Positions 1 through 14,401 are shown, counted from the first letter of the stretch. The stretch: 64,000 nt of DNA from Acidimicrobiales bacterium (GCA_052148655.1 JBKQHU010000088.1:23181-87180); one strand, 5' to 3'. Notes: generated by a model not told the origin, from the sequence alone. Translations and numbers: made by a program.

Positions 1-809
1 GGGCCGGTGCGGGCCGGGTTGAGGTTGGCCGACGCCGCCAGCCCGATGCCCCCGGTGACGGCGCCCGCGAGGTCGGCGAGGATGTCGCCGAACAGGTTGT
101 CGGTCACCACGACGTCGTAGCGGGTGGCATTCTCGACAAAGACGATGCAGGCGGCGTCGACGTGGTTGTACCCGGTGGCGACGCCCGGGTGCTCCGAAGC
201 CACCGAGTCGAACGTCCGCTGCCAGAGATCACCCGCATAGGTGAGCACGTTGGTCTTGTGCACGAGGGTGACGTGATGGGCCTTGCGGCGCTCGGCGAGC
301 CCGAAGGCATACCGGACGCAGCGTTCGACCCCGTGACGGGTGTTGACCGAACCCTGCGTCGCAACCTCGAAGGCGGTGCCCCGCCTGAGCGCCCCGCCCT
401 CGCCCACGTAGGGGCCCTCGGTGTTCTCGCGCACGAGCACGACGTCCGCTTGAGGCGCGATCGAACCCGGGACCCCGTTGAACGGCCGCAGGTTGATGTA
501 AAGGTCCAGCTCGAATCGAAGCTTCAGGAGCAGGCCGCGCTCTATTACCCCGGGTGGCACCGCCGTCGACCCGATCGGAGGCCCGACGGCGCCGAGCAGG
601 ATGGCGTCGGCGTCTCTGAGCTCGTCGAGGACCGAGTCGGGCAGCACCTCGCCCATGCGCTCGTAACGGCCGGCGCCGAGGTCGTACTCGATCGTCTCCA
701 TCTCGACCCCGGCGGCGTCGATGACCTTGAGCGCTTGCGCGACGACCTCGGGGCCGATCCCATCGCCCCTTATGACTGCGACCCTGTGTGCGCCGACTCT
801 CGGTTCCAC
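1..809 (-). CDS. leuB: 3-isopropylmalate dehydrogenase; C-terminal end runs off the left edge
   Basis: Own minus-strand translation reads [14 protein letters not shown]...LVHKTNVL...[35 protein letters not shown], the isopropylmalate dehydrogenase family pattern. It is absent from the ORF track because it is open at the window edge. GTG at 809 is the first in-frame start. Confidence 0.85.
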   Translation of the reverse strand, partial: MEPRVGAHRVAVIRGDGIGPEVVAQALKVIDAAGVEMETIEYDLGAGRYERMGEVLPDSVLDELRDADAILLGAVGPPIGSTAVPPGVIERGLLLKLRFELDLYINLRPFNGVPGSIAPQADVVLVRENTEGPYVGEGGALRRGTAFEVATQGSVNTRHGVERCVRYAFGLAERRKAHHVTLVHKTNVLTYAGDLWQRTFDSVASEHPGVATGYNHVDAACIVFVENATRYDVVVTDNLFGDILADLAGAVTGGIGLAASANLNPARTG

Positions 810-898
810 TGCCCGGTCACACTAGTCGGGGTGCCCGCTGAGGCGTGATAGCGGAGATCAGCCCACCGCAGCTGAGCATCTCTGCTATTGCGTCCTCG

Positions 899-1741
899 TC
901 ACCGCAGTCCGATCGCGGACTGCGCCTCGGTCCAGGTGTACACCTCGCCCGACGGCACTTGACCGCAGGCGGCGACGAAGATCTCGGCGAACGAGGTGGC
1001 CCACTTGGACGAGCGCGCGTACGCCGCCCCCATGACGAGCTGTGAGTCGGCCGCGCTGCAGCCGGTGAGATCGCCCCGCCACTGGCGAAGGATGTTGTCC
1101 CGGTGCCCCCAGCATCCCGCCGCCGCCGGGGACGTGCAGCCCCCGTTGTGACCCCCGTAGCCGTCGTCGTACATCCAGCCGTCGTCGGCCCCGAGGGCGC
1201 TCTCGCTGCCACCGGCCCAGTTCGACCCCCAGGCGAGCACCTGGGCACCCCCGGACAACGGCCTGTCCGACCAGGTGGGGTCGTTGTCGGCAGCGGCGCC
1301 GGCCTGTGCCGCCTTGTCCATCTGGAGCGTGAGGGCCGTCATCGGCGGCTCGCCGCGGGACACCCGCTCCAGATCGGCGATCGTGAAGAGCTGATCGACC
1401 ACGCTCAGTTTGAGGAACTTCGCCAGGCTGAAGCGAAGCGGCCCGACCGGCTCGGTCCTTCGCGCCCTGTCGATGGCCTCGAGCACCTTGGAGTTGCAAG
1501 GCGCCGTGTCGTCGAGGGCTCCGGGCGTGCAGTAGGCGTAGAAGTTCGGCTCGGGAGGGATGTTCTTCGGGGGGTTGCGTGGTGGCACGATCCCGGCCCC
1601 CGACGTGGCCCGACCACGCGGAACGGCTCTGGCGAACGACGCCGCGCCAGCCGATGCGCTACGGCCCACAGCCGCGAGCGTCACCACTGTGACGACGGCT
1701 AGCGCCATTCGGCTCACCCGAAAGACGAATGTTCCGGCCAT
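899..1741 (-). CDS. secreted hypothetical protein with an N-terminal signal peptide
   Basis: 280-aa ORF. N-terminus has the hydrophobic stretch MALAVVTVVTLAAVGRSASA. The mature part has conserved-looking Cys pairs and a GHRDNIL motif. No family assigned with confidence. Confidence 0.6.
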   Translation of the reverse strand: MAGTFVFRVSRMALAVVTVVTLAAVGRSASAGAASFARAVPRGRATSGAGIVPPRNPPKNIPPEPNFYAYCTPGALDDTAPCNSKVLEAIDRARRTEPVGPLRFSLAKFLKLSVVDQLFTIADLERVSRGEPPMTALTLQMDKAAQAGAAADNDPTWSDRPLSGGAQVLAWGSNWAGGSESALGADDGWMYDDGYGGHNGGCTSPAAAGCWGHRDNILRQWRGDLTGCSAADSQLVMGAAYARSSKWATSFAEIFVAACGQVPSGEVYTWTEAQSAIGLR

Positions 1742-1804
1742 TGCCCGAGGGTACTCGGCTGTTGCACCTGTTTCAGCACTCGGAAGGTCACCTTCGCTAC
1801 GAGG

Positions 1805-2710
1805 TCACTCCGTCTTTCGGAACTCGCCTATGGCCACAGCCCCCATCACGAGGCCCATCAGCGCGACGATCCCCAACGAGACGCCCACGGGGACCACCCA
1901 GCCTCCCCAGGTGATGCCCGGCGCCAGGCGCTGGACGTAGGCGGAGGGCATCGTGAGATGGTCGAAGACGGCGTGGCGCATGGGCCCGACGACGTAGGTG
2001 AGGGGGTCGATCCTGGTCAGCACGCTCAACCAGGCAGGTAGCCCGTTCAGGGGGTAAAGCGCTCCCGAGAGGAAGAACAGTGGCATCACGAGCATCTGGG
2101 TGAGAGCCATGAACGACTGGAACTGCTTGATCCTGGCGGCCATCATCAGGCCGAAGGCGGTCAGGGTGAACGACAAGAGGAGCAGCTCGCCGACGAGCGT
2201 CGCCAGTAGCACCGGGTCGTAGGGCACGTGTGCGAAGCCCGCCAGGGCAAGGAAGACGAGACCCTGGAACGTGGCGATCGTCGTGCCCCCGAGGCACTTG
2301 CCGATCACGAGCGAGGCGCGGCTCACCGGCGCCACGAGCATCTCGCGCAGAAAGCCGAACTCCCGGTCCCACACGATCGAGCCCGCCGAGAAGACGGCCG
2401 TGAAAAGGACCGACATCGCCAGCACGCCCGGGTAGATGAAGGTCTTGAAGTCCACACCGGGTGGCATGCCGCGCTTCGCGAGAGTGGACAGGCCCGTTCC
2501 CAGCACGAACAGGAACAGGAACGGCTGTATGAGCGAGGTGATGGCACGCAATCGGTCGGTGCGGAAGCGGATCAGCTCGCGCCGCCAGACGATGTTCACG
2601 GCGCGGAGATTGTGCCACAGGCTGTGCTCGGGCACCGCCACCCTGATCTCGGCGACGAGCGCCGCCTCCGTGCTGGCGTCAACGGTGTCCTTGGCGACCT
2701 GTGTGGCCAT
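1805..2710 (-). CDS. ABC-2 type transporter permease
   Basis: 301-aa ORF with about six hydrophobic segments, in the style of DrrB/ABC-2 permeases. It starts 2 nt after the stop of the upstream ABC ATPase. Confidence 0.8.
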   Translation of the reverse strand: MATQVAKDTVDASTEAALVAEIRVAVPEHSLWHNLRAVNIVWRRELIRFRTDRLRAITSLIQPFLFLFVLGTGLSTLAKRGMPPGVDFKTFIYPGVLAMSVLFTAVFSAGSIVWDREFGFLREMLVAPVSRASLVIGKCLGGTTIATFQGLVFLALAGFAHVPYDPVLLATLVGELLLLSFTLTAFGLMMAARIKQFQSFMALTQMLVMPLFFLSGALYPLNGLPAWLSVLTRIDPLTYVVGPMRHAVFDHLTMPSAYVQRLAPGITWGGWVVPVGVSLGIVALMGLVMGAVAIGEFRKTE

Positions 2711-2711
2711 C

Positions 2712-3788
2712 TCAGCGCCTCCCCCCGCGCCAGTGGGCAGCCCTCTGGCGCATCACGTCCATGCTCGATGCCTCGGCGTCGCGGATGGTGCTGCCGGTGT
2801 AGGACATGAAGACGTCGTCGAGCGAGGGGCGCGAGACGCTCACCGCGCTGATCGCCACCCCGAGCTCGGAGAAGAGCTTCGGTACGAACTGCTCCCCCGA
2901 GGCCACCGAGAAGGTGACAGCTCCGTCGTGGACGGCCGCCTCGATGCCGAAACGTGCCGCCAAAGAGGCGATCGCCGCCGGGTCGTCGGCCGTGTGGATC
3001 TGGACCCGGTCCTTGCCGACGCTGGCCTTGAGCGCCTCGGGGGTGTCGATGGCCACAATCTTCCCGTGGTCGATGATCGCGATCCGGTCGCAGTTCTCCG
3101 CCTCGTCCATGTAGTGCGTCGTCAGGAAGATCGTGATGTCCTCGCGCTTTTTGAGGTCGTTGATGTAGCTCCAGATCGAGGAGCGGGTCTGCGGGTCGAG
3201 CCCCACGGTCGGCTCGTCCAAGAAGAGCACACGGGGCGCGTGGAGAAGGCCCCGGGCGATCTCCAGCCTGCGCTGCATGCCACCCGAGAAAGTGCTGACC
3301 AGGTTGTCCCTGCGTTCGAAGAGGCCCACCATGTCCAGCACCTGGCGCATGCGCGGCGCCACCGCCGCTTTGGGCACGGCGTACAGGGCGGCGTGGAAGC
3401 GGAGGTTCTGCTCAGCCGTCAGGTAGTTGTCCAAGGTGGTGTCCTGGAACACGAGGCCTATGTTGCGTCGCACCTCGTCCTGGGCGGTGCCCGTGTCGTG
3501 TCCGGCGACCATGGCGCTGCCCGTCGTCGCGCCGGCCAGCGTGCAGAGGATCTTGATCGTGGTCGTCTTGCCGGCCCCGTTCGGCCCGAGGAACCCGAAG
3601 GTCTCCCCACGCGACACCTCGAAGTCGATCCCGCGCACGGCCTCGACGTCCCCGTAGCGCTTGGTCAGGCCGCGGACCGATATGACGGCGTGGCCGTCGC
3701 TTCGGCCCGGCCCCGTGTGGCCCGAGGCCTCGTCCGCCGTGGCACCCGTGCCGGCCGTGCCGGGTGCGGTGCCGGCACGCGTTCCCAC
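2712..3788 (-). CDS. ABC transporter ATP-binding protein (DrrA-like)
   Basis: Walker A GPNGAGKTT, signature FSGGMQRRL, Walker B LFLDEPTVGLD. The track ORF extends to 3872. I prefer GTG at 3788, preceded by AAGGGAGG 8 nt upstream; the start is uncertain. Confidence 0.85.
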   Translation of the reverse strand: MGTRAGTAPGTAGTGATADEASGHTGPGRSDGHAVISVRGLTKRYGDVEAVRGIDFEVSRGETFGFLGPNGAGKTTTIKILCTLAGATTGSAMVAGHDTGTAQDEVRRNIGLVFQDTTLDNYLTAEQNLRFHAALYAVPKAAVAPRMRQVLDMVGLFERRDNLVSTFSGGMQRRLEIARGLLHAPRVLFLDEPTVGLDPQTRSSIWSYINDLKKREDITIFLTTHYMDEAENCDRIAIIDHGKIVAIDTPEALKASVGKDRVQIHTADDPAAIASLAARFGIEAAVHDGAVTFSVASGEQFVPKLFSELGVAISAVSVSRPSLDDVFMSYTGSTIRDAEASSMDVMRQRAAHWRGGRR

Positions 3789-3904
3789 CGCCGGAGCCTC
3801 CCTTTCGTGTCCCGACAGGAGCCTAGAGCGCCGAAGGGGCCGCCGATCCCGCGGCTGGGGCGATGCCGGCAAGATTCCGTGCCTGAACCGGTAGCCTCGT
3901 ATCG

Positions 3905-4390
3905 GTGACCGAAGTGACTGAAACTGTTCTCACACCCGAAACCCACGCGCGCCTCGTGGCCGAGCTCGAGGACCTCACGACGCGGGGTCGCGTCGAGATC
4001 GCCCGCCAGATCGAAGCCGCCAGGGCACTCGGCGACTTGTCGGAGAACGGCGACTACCACGCCGCCAAAGACGCCCAGGGCAAGATGGAGTCCCGCGTGC
4101 GCCAGCTGCAACGGATGCTGGAGAACGCCGTCATCGTCGACACCTCGACGCACGAGGCCGGGGTCGTGACCACCGGCGTCGTGGTGGAGCTCCGCTACGA
4201 GGGGGATGACGACACCGAGAAATTCCTGGTCGGCTCCATCGAGGAGAAGGGCGAAGGCGTGGCGGTGATCTCGCCCGCCTCACCGCTCGGCCAGGCGCTC
4301 ATCGGCCACAGCGTCGGCGACACCGTCGCGTACGAGGCGCCGAACGGCCGCCTGTTCTCGGTCGAGATCGTCTCGGTGGGCGGCGACTGA
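3905..4390 (+). CDS. greA: transcription elongation factor GreA
   Basis: 161 aa, GTG start. Motifs LVAELEDLTTRGRVEIARQIEAARALGDLSENGDYHAAKDAQG plus a C-terminal ISPASPLGQALIGHSVGD region, typical of GreA. Confidence 0.9.
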   Translation: MTEVTETVLTPETHARLVAELEDLTTRGRVEIARQIEAARALGDLSENGDYHAAKDAQGKMESRVRQLQRMLENAVIVDTSTHEAGVVTTGVVVELRYEGDDDTEKFLVGSIEEKGEGVAVISPASPLGQALIGHSVGDTVAYEAPNGRLFSVEIVSVGGD

Positions 4391-4396
4391 CCGCCC

Positions 4397-5806
4397 ATGG
4401 CCGAGACGCTCGCTGACAAGGTCTGGGACCGTCACGTCGTCCGCCCAGGCGACGGCGCCGCCGAGGCGGACCTGCTCTACATCGACCTGCACCTCGTCCA
4501 CGAGGTGACATCGCCCCAGGCCTTCGAAGGGCTGCGACTGGCCAACAGGCAGCTACGGCGCCCGGACCTGACCGTCGCCACTGCCGACCACAACGTGCCC
4601 ACGACGACGGCCGGCGGCCGGGTGGAGGACCCTGTCTCCCGACGCCAGCTCGAGGCGCTCGACTCCAACTGCGCCGAGTTCAAGGTGACCTGTTACCCGA
4701 TGGGCGATGACAACCAGGGCATCGTGCACGTGATCGGGCCCGAGCAGGGCCTCACCCAGCCCGGCATGACGATCGTCTGCGGGGACAGCCACACCTCCAC
4801 CCATGGCGCGTTCGGGGCATTGGCCTTCGGCATCGGGACCTCGGAGGTGGAACACGTGCTCGCCACCCAGACCCTCCCCCAGCGCCGGCCCCGCACCATG
4901 GCCGTCAATGTCGAGGGCGAGCTCGCGCCCGGTGTGAGCGCCAAGGACGTCGTGCTCGCCATCGTCGGCCGGCTCGGCACGACGGGGGGAGTTGGTCACA
5001 TCGTCGAGTACCGGGGCTCGGCGATCCGCTCGTTGTCGATGGAGGGCCGCATGACGGTCTGCAACATGTCCATCGAGGCCGGCGCCCGCGCGGGGATGAT
5101 CGCTCCGGACGAGGTGACCTTCGCCTACCTCGAGGGGCGGCGCTACGCACCCAAAGGTGCCGACTGGGAGCGGGCGGTCGAGACCTGGCGCGCCCTTGCC
5201 AGCGACGAGGGCGCCCTTTTCGACGCCGAGGTGACCCTCGAGGCAGCCTCGATCCGCCCGCACGTCTCCTGGGGCACGAACCCCGCCCAGGTGGTCGCCA
5301 TCGACGGTTGCGTACCGGCCCCGGACGACATGGCGAGCCCGGCAGAGCGGGAGGCCGCCGCCCGGGCGCTGGCCTACATGGGCCTCGAGGCCGGTACGCC
5401 GATGACCTCGATCGAGGTGGACACGGTGTTCATCGGTTCCTGCACGAACTCGCGGATCGAGGACCTGCGGACCGCGGCGGGCGTGCTGCAGGGCCGCCGG
5501 GTACGAAAGGGCCTGCGGGCGCTCGTCGTGCCCGGCTCGCACCAGGTCAAGCTCCAAGCCGAGGCAGAGGGCCTGGACAAGGTCTTTCGCGCAGCCGGCT
5601 TCGAGTGGAGGGAGAGTGGCTGTTCCATGTGCCTCGGCATGAACCCCGACCAGCTGTCGCCCGGGGAACGCTGTGCCTCAACCTCCAACCGCAATTTCGA
5701 GGGCCGCCAGGGACGTGGGGGACGCACGCATCTCGTGTCCCCGGCGGTTGCCGCGGCGACGTCGGTGGCGGGCAGGTTCGCCACCCCGGCTGACCTCGGG
5801 GCCTGA
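4397..5806 (+). CDS. leuC: 3-isopropylmalate dehydratase large subunit
   Basis: 469 aa. Aconitase-family motifs: [62 protein letters not shown]. Confidence 0.95.
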   Translation: MAETLADKVWDRHVVRPGDGAAEADLLYIDLHLVHEVTSPQAFEGLRLANRQLRRPDLTVATADHNVPTTTAGGRVEDPVSRRQLEALDSNCAEFKVTCYPMGDDNQGIVHVIGPEQGLTQPGMTIVCGDSHTSTHGAFGALAFGIGTSEVEHVLATQTLPQRRPRTMAVNVEGELAPGVSAKDVVLAIVGRLGTTGGVGHIVEYRGSAIRSLSMEGRMTVCNMSIEAGARAGMIAPDEVTFAYLEGRRYAPKGADWERAVETWRALASDEGALFDAEVTLEAASIRPHVSWGTNPAQVVAIDGCVPAPDDMASPAEREAAARALAYMGLEAGTPMTSIEVDTVFIGSCTNSRIEDLRTAAGVLQGRRVRKGLRALVVPGSHQVKLQAEAEGLDKVFRAAGFEWRESGCSMCLGMNPDQLSPGERCASTSNRNFEGRQGRGGRTHLVSPAVAAATSVAGRFATPADLGA

Positions 5807-5807
5807 C

Positions 5808-6422
5808 GTGGAGCCCGTGAGGATCGTGTCGGGCCGGGCGGTCCCGCTCGACCGCTCTGACGTCGACACTGACCAGATAATCCCGAGTGAGTGGCTCAAG
5901 CGCATCGAGCGGACCGGTTTCGGGGCCGGCCTATTCGCCGAGTGGCGCGACGACCCCGCCTTCGTGCTCAACAAGCCCGACCACGCCGGGGCGACGATCC
6001 TCGTCGCCGGCCCGAATTTCGGCACGGGCTCGTCGCGCGAGCACGCCGTATGGGCACTGGTCGACTACGGCTTCTCGGCGGTCGTGAGCCCCCGTTTCGG
6101 CGACATCTTCCGCAACAATTCCACCCGTTCCGGTCTCGTCCCCGCCGAGGTGTCCGACGAGGACGGCCGGGCCATCCTGGAGGCGGTCAGAGCGGACCCG
6201 TCGCTCGAGGTCGTGGTGGACGTCGAGCGGAGGCTGGTCGAAGCTCCCGGCGTGGGCATCTCGGTGCCGTTCCGCTTGGACGACGATGCCCGGGACCGGC
6301 TGCTCAGAGGCCTCGACGACATAGGCGTCACCACCCAGCACCTGGCGGACATCGACGCCTACGAGCGTCACCGCCCGACCTGGCTGCCCGCGTTGGGACC
6401 TCGCCGGCAAGCCTCGGCCTAG
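5808..6422 (+). CDS. leuD: 3-isopropylmalate dehydratase small subunit
   Basis: GTG at 5808, 1 nt after the leuC stop, in frame with track ORF 5673..6422. Sequence VPLDRSDVDTDQIIPSEWLKRIERTGFG...GPNFGTGSSREHAVWAL. Confidence 0.9.
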   Translation: MEPVRIVSGRAVPLDRSDVDTDQIIPSEWLKRIERTGFGAGLFAEWRDDPAFVLNKPDHAGATILVAGPNFGTGSSREHAVWALVDYGFSAVVSPRFGDIFRNNSTRSGLVPAEVSDEDGRAILEAVRADPSLEVVVDVERRLVEAPGVGISVPFRLDDDARDRLLRGLDDIGVTTQHLADIDAYERHRPTWLPALGPRRQASA

Positions 6423-7984
6423 GGCGTCACCCCGCTCTCGCGTACGGCGTCGGTCCCCCCACTACCGGTCATCCGCGCCTTGGCGCGCACCACACGGTTG
6501 GTCGCCGCGATATAGGCGCGGGCCGCCGCCTCGACCACGTCGGTGGACAACCCCCGACCCGAGGCCCGCACGCCGCCGGAGTCGAGCTGGATCACGACGT
6601 CGCCGAGAGCGTCGATGCCGCCGGTGACAGACGAGACGTTGAAGTCGATGAGCTTGGCGTCGATCCCGGTCGCCTGCTTGATCGCCTTGCAGGTCGCGTC
6701 GATCATCCCGTCGCCCTCAGCGATCGCCTCGGACTTGCGGCCGTCCCGGCTCACCACGACTCTCGCCCGCGGCAGCCCGGCCGTGCCGCCCTGGACATCG
6801 AGCAGGTCGAGCACGAAGCCCTCCTCGAGCGCGGTCCCGAGCTCCTCGGCCACGATCGCCTCGAGATCGGCGTCGGTCAGCTTCACCTTGCGGTCCGCCA
6901 GCTCCTTGAAGCGGGTGAAGGCCGCGTCGAGGGCATCGCCGCGGACCTTGATGCCGAGCTTGTCCAGCGTGTCGGCGAAGGCGTGGCGCCCGGTGTGCTT
7001 GCCGAGAATGATCTGGCCGCCCTCCTGGCCCACCGAGTCCGCATCGATGATCTCATAGGTCGAGCGCTCCTTGAGCACGCCGTGCTGGTGGATGCCCGAC
7101 TCGTGGGCGAAGGCGTTCTTCCCCACGACGGCCTTGTTCCACTGGACCTGGTAGCCGGTCAGGCGCGCCACCATCCGGCTCGTACGCGCCAGCTCGCGCG
7201 TCCTCACGTTCGTCTCCAACCCGGGGAACAGGTCCGCGCGGATCTTGAGTGCCATGACGACCTCCTCTAAGGCGGCGTTGCCGGCGCGCTCGCCCAGGCC
7301 GTTCACGCAGACCTCCACCTGGCGGGCGCCCGCGCGCACGCCGGACAAGCTGTTCGCCACGGCGAGGCCGAGGTCGTTGTGGCAGTGGGTCGAGATCACG
7401 TAGTCGCCCGCCACCTGGTCCCGGACGTGGGTCAACAGGTCCCCGTAGGCCCAGGGGATCCCGTAGCCGACGGTGTCGGGGATGTTCAAGGTGCTGGCCC
7501 CGGACTCGACGGCTGCGGCCAGCACCTCGAGCATGAAGTCGAGCGGGGTGCGGGTCGCGTCCTGGGGTGAGAATTCGACGTCGGCGGTGTGCTCACGGGC
7601 TCGCGAGACCCCCATGCGCACCGCCTCGAGCACCTGGTCCTCGTTCATCTTCAACATGTGCTCCATGTGGCTCGGGCTCGTCGAGATGAAGACGTGGATG
7701 CGGCTGCGCTCCGCGTCCTTGAGCGCCTCGTAGCACCGGTCCACGTCGGCGAGCTGGGTTCGCGAGAGCCCGGCGATCACAGGGCCTTCGACGGCGCGGG
7801 CGATGGCCTGCACGGCGTCGAAATCGCCCTGGCTCGAGACCGGGAACCCGGCCTCGATGTAGTCGACACCGAGGCGCGCGAGTTGCTCGGCGATCTCGAG
7901 CTTCTCGCCGGGATCGAGGGAGATCCCCGGTGACTGCTCGCCGTCGCGCAGTGTCGTGTCGAAGATGACCACCTTGTCGCTCAT
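6419..7984 (-). CDS. leuA: 2-isopropylmalate synthase
   Basis: MSDKVVIFDTTLRDGEQSPGISL...HCHNDLGLAVANSL, with a C-terminal LeuA dimerisation/regulatory region. ATG at 7984 is preferred over the track start at 8047; GGAG lies upstream. Confidence 0.93.
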   Translation of the reverse strand: MSDKVVIFDTTLRDGEQSPGISLDPGEKLEIAEQLARLGVDYIEAGFPVSSQGDFDAVQAIARAVEGPVIAGLSRTQLADVDRCYEALKDAERSRIHVFISTSPSHMEHMLKMNEDQVLEAVRMGVSRAREHTADVEFSPQDATRTPLDFMLEVLAAAVESGASTLNIPDTVGYGIPWAYGDLLTHVRDQVAGDYVISTHCHNDLGLAVANSLSGVRAGARQVEVCVNGLGERAGNAALEEVVMALKIRADLFPGLETNVRTRELARTSRMVARLTGYQVQWNKAVVGKNAFAHESGIHQHGVLKERSTYEIIDADSVGQEGGQIILGKHTGRHAFADTLDKLGIKVRGDALDAAFTRFKELADRKVKLTDADLEAIVAEELGTALEEGFVLDLLDVQGGTAGLPRARVVVSRDGRKSEAIAEGDGMIDATCKAIKQATGIDAKLIDFNVSSVTGGIDALGDVVIQLDSGGVRASGRGLSTDVVEAAARAYIAATNRVVRAKARMTGSGGTDAVRESGVTP

Positions 7985-8060
7985 CGTCTGCTCCATTGTC
8001 GAGGCGCAGCCGAGTCCTTCTCCCGCCGGTCGTGGCGTCGTGCGCAAAACCCCGCCCGGC

Positions 8061-8094
8061 CAACAAAAAACCTCCTGGCCTGAGGCGCAGGAGG
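8061..8094 (-). terminator. intrinsic terminator (attenuator) in the leuA leader
   Basis: Minus strand reads CCTCCTG-N10-CAGGAGG (8071..8094) followed directly by TTTTTTGTTG (8061..8070), about 75 nt upstream of the leuA ATG. Confidence 0.7.
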
Positions 8095-8123
8095 CGTTGG
8101 CGAGCGCGGTAGGGCGCTCGCCG

Positions 8124-8165
8124 TCAGGTAAGGAGGAGGACCCGGATGAACCGCTCGTTCGTCAT
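8124..8165 (-). CDS. leuA leader peptide MTNERFIRVLLLT with three consecutive Leu codons
   Basis: ATG 8165, TGA 8124. The run CTC CTC CTT sits at 8130..8138. An 8-9 bp GC hairpin (8099..8122) starts 1 nt after the stop, and the terminator follows. Confidence 0.65.
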   Translation of the reverse strand: MTNERFIRVLLLT

Positions 8166-8175
8166 GTCACCAGTG

Positions 8176-8204
8176 ATTGTGGTGGACGGCTCGCGATCCG
8201 TCAA
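8176..8204 (-). promoter_or_regulatory. candidate sigma-A type promoter for the leuA leader
   Basis: TTGACG (8199..8204), a 17-nt spacer, then CACAAT (8176..8181). The -10 element ends 10 nt before the leader ATG, implying a leaderless or near-leaderless transcript. Confidence 0.4.
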
Positions 8205-8226
8205 GCTGCCACGCCGGGTCGCGTCC

Positions 8227-8740
8227 CTACCAGTCGTCGCCCGCGGGACCCTCGTAGTCCTCGGCGACCGCACGGTAGCTGCGGCGGTGGTGCACGAGAG
8301 GGGACTGCCCGGTGCCGACCCCCATGTCGCGCACGGCTCCGAGCACGAGCACGTGGTCTCCGGTCTCGACGACGCGTTCGATGTCGCAGTCGACGAATGC
8401 CACCGCCCCTGCCAGTACCGGGTTCCCCGACGGCGCAGGATGCCACGCGATGCCCTCGAACTTGTCGGCTTCGCTCACCGCAAAGCGCGAAGAGACCTCG
8501 GCCTGGTCGCGACTCAGGATGCTGACGCAGAACGACCCGGTCGCGTTGATGGGCGGCCAGCTCTTCGAGGTCCTCGCCACGAAGAACCCCACGAGCGGGG
8601 GCTCGAGCGAAACCGGGACGAAGGTGCCCACCGACAGGCCCATCGGGCGGCCGTCGACAACCCCGGCGACGACCGCGACGCTCGTCGGCACGTGCGCCAT
8701 CACCTGGCGGAAGTGCTCAGCGCTGAGCTCGCCCAATCCG

Positions 8741-8748
<8 letters not shown>
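8227..8748 (-). CDS. flavin reductase family protein (NAD(P)H:FMN oxidoreductase-like)
   Basis: 173 aa. FRQVMAHVPTSVAVVAG...GLSVGTFVPVSLEPPLVGFFVARTSKSW...GDHVLVLGAV, typical of the flavin reductase domain. Confidence 0.8.
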
Positions 8749-13611
<4,863 letters not shown>

Positions 13612-13732
13612 CGCCTCTCTCGCGCCCACAGTCGCTGCAGGGTACCGGCCCTCCGAGCCAATTCGGCCTCGCCCCCACAACACCTCTCCGAGCGTTCTTC
13701 GGCGAGAAGGCACGGTCGGCACCCGAGGCCCC

Positions 13733-14401
13733 TCAGGCGGCCATGTCCAGCGACAACAGCCGCTCGAGGACTGGCAGGTGCGCCGGAGCGCTGCCGAAGG
13801 TCGCTGCTGCGCGGCCCATGGCGGCTCCGTACCCGGTCGTGTTGGTGTTGTCCGCGACACCGACGAGCTGGCCCCCGTTCAGGGGCTTCGCGTAAGTCCA
13901 GCTGAAGGCCGTCTTGCCGATGGTCGGCAGCGCCGTGAAGACGACCACCACGCCTTTGGCCGACTCGGCGGCGACTCTCGCCTCGGCCTGCTTCAGCGTG
14001 GCGATGGCGCCGTGCGGGCTGATCGGCCTCATCGAGATGATGACCTCCCAGCCTGCGGCCGTGGTACCGAAGAAGATGCACTCGTACGAGGTGTTCTCAA
14101 TGACGGCCTCCAGGAGGCGTTCGTTGGCGCCGACGACCGAGGAGACTTTCGCGACGGGGAAGTGGGCGCAGAAGGCCGATGCGCCCGGGACCGGGACCGA
14201 TCCCTGTCCGGCCCGCACGCTCGCGGCGCGCGACAGTGGGGTGCCGAGCTGTCCCGCCTGGGCGCCAGCGGGCATCACGGCCAGTGACGCCGCGAGGCCG
14301 GCCGCGGCGAGCATGCCACCCGCGGCTACGCGGCCTCGCCCTCCGCGCCGGGTCGCGGTCCTGACGGCGCTGTGCGAGTCGCCGACGCTTGAGGTGCGCA
14401 T
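13733..14401 (-). CDS. secreted hypothetical protein
   Basis: 222 aa. Arg-rich n-region followed by MLAAAGLAASLAVMPAGAQA, which looks like a signal peptide. No recognisable catalytic motif. Confidence 0.55.
   Translation of the reverse strand: MRTSSVGDSHSAVRTATRRGGRGRVAAGGMLAAAGLAASLAVMPAGAQAGQLGTPLSRAASVRAGQGSVPVPGASAFCAHFPVAKVSSVVGANERLLEAVIENTSYECIFFGTTAAGWEVIISMRPISPHGAIATLKQAEARVAAESAKGVVVVFTALPTIGKTAFSWTYAKPLNGGQLVGVADNTNTTGYGAAMGRAAATFGSAPAHLPVLERLLSLDMAA

Noticed and set aside
851-885. An imperfect hairpin after the secreted-protein gene, upstream of leuB
   Set aside because: It forms two short helices with a 3-nt bulge and a mismatch, and no U-tract follows. It could be a terminator or nothing, and there is not enough support to annotate it.
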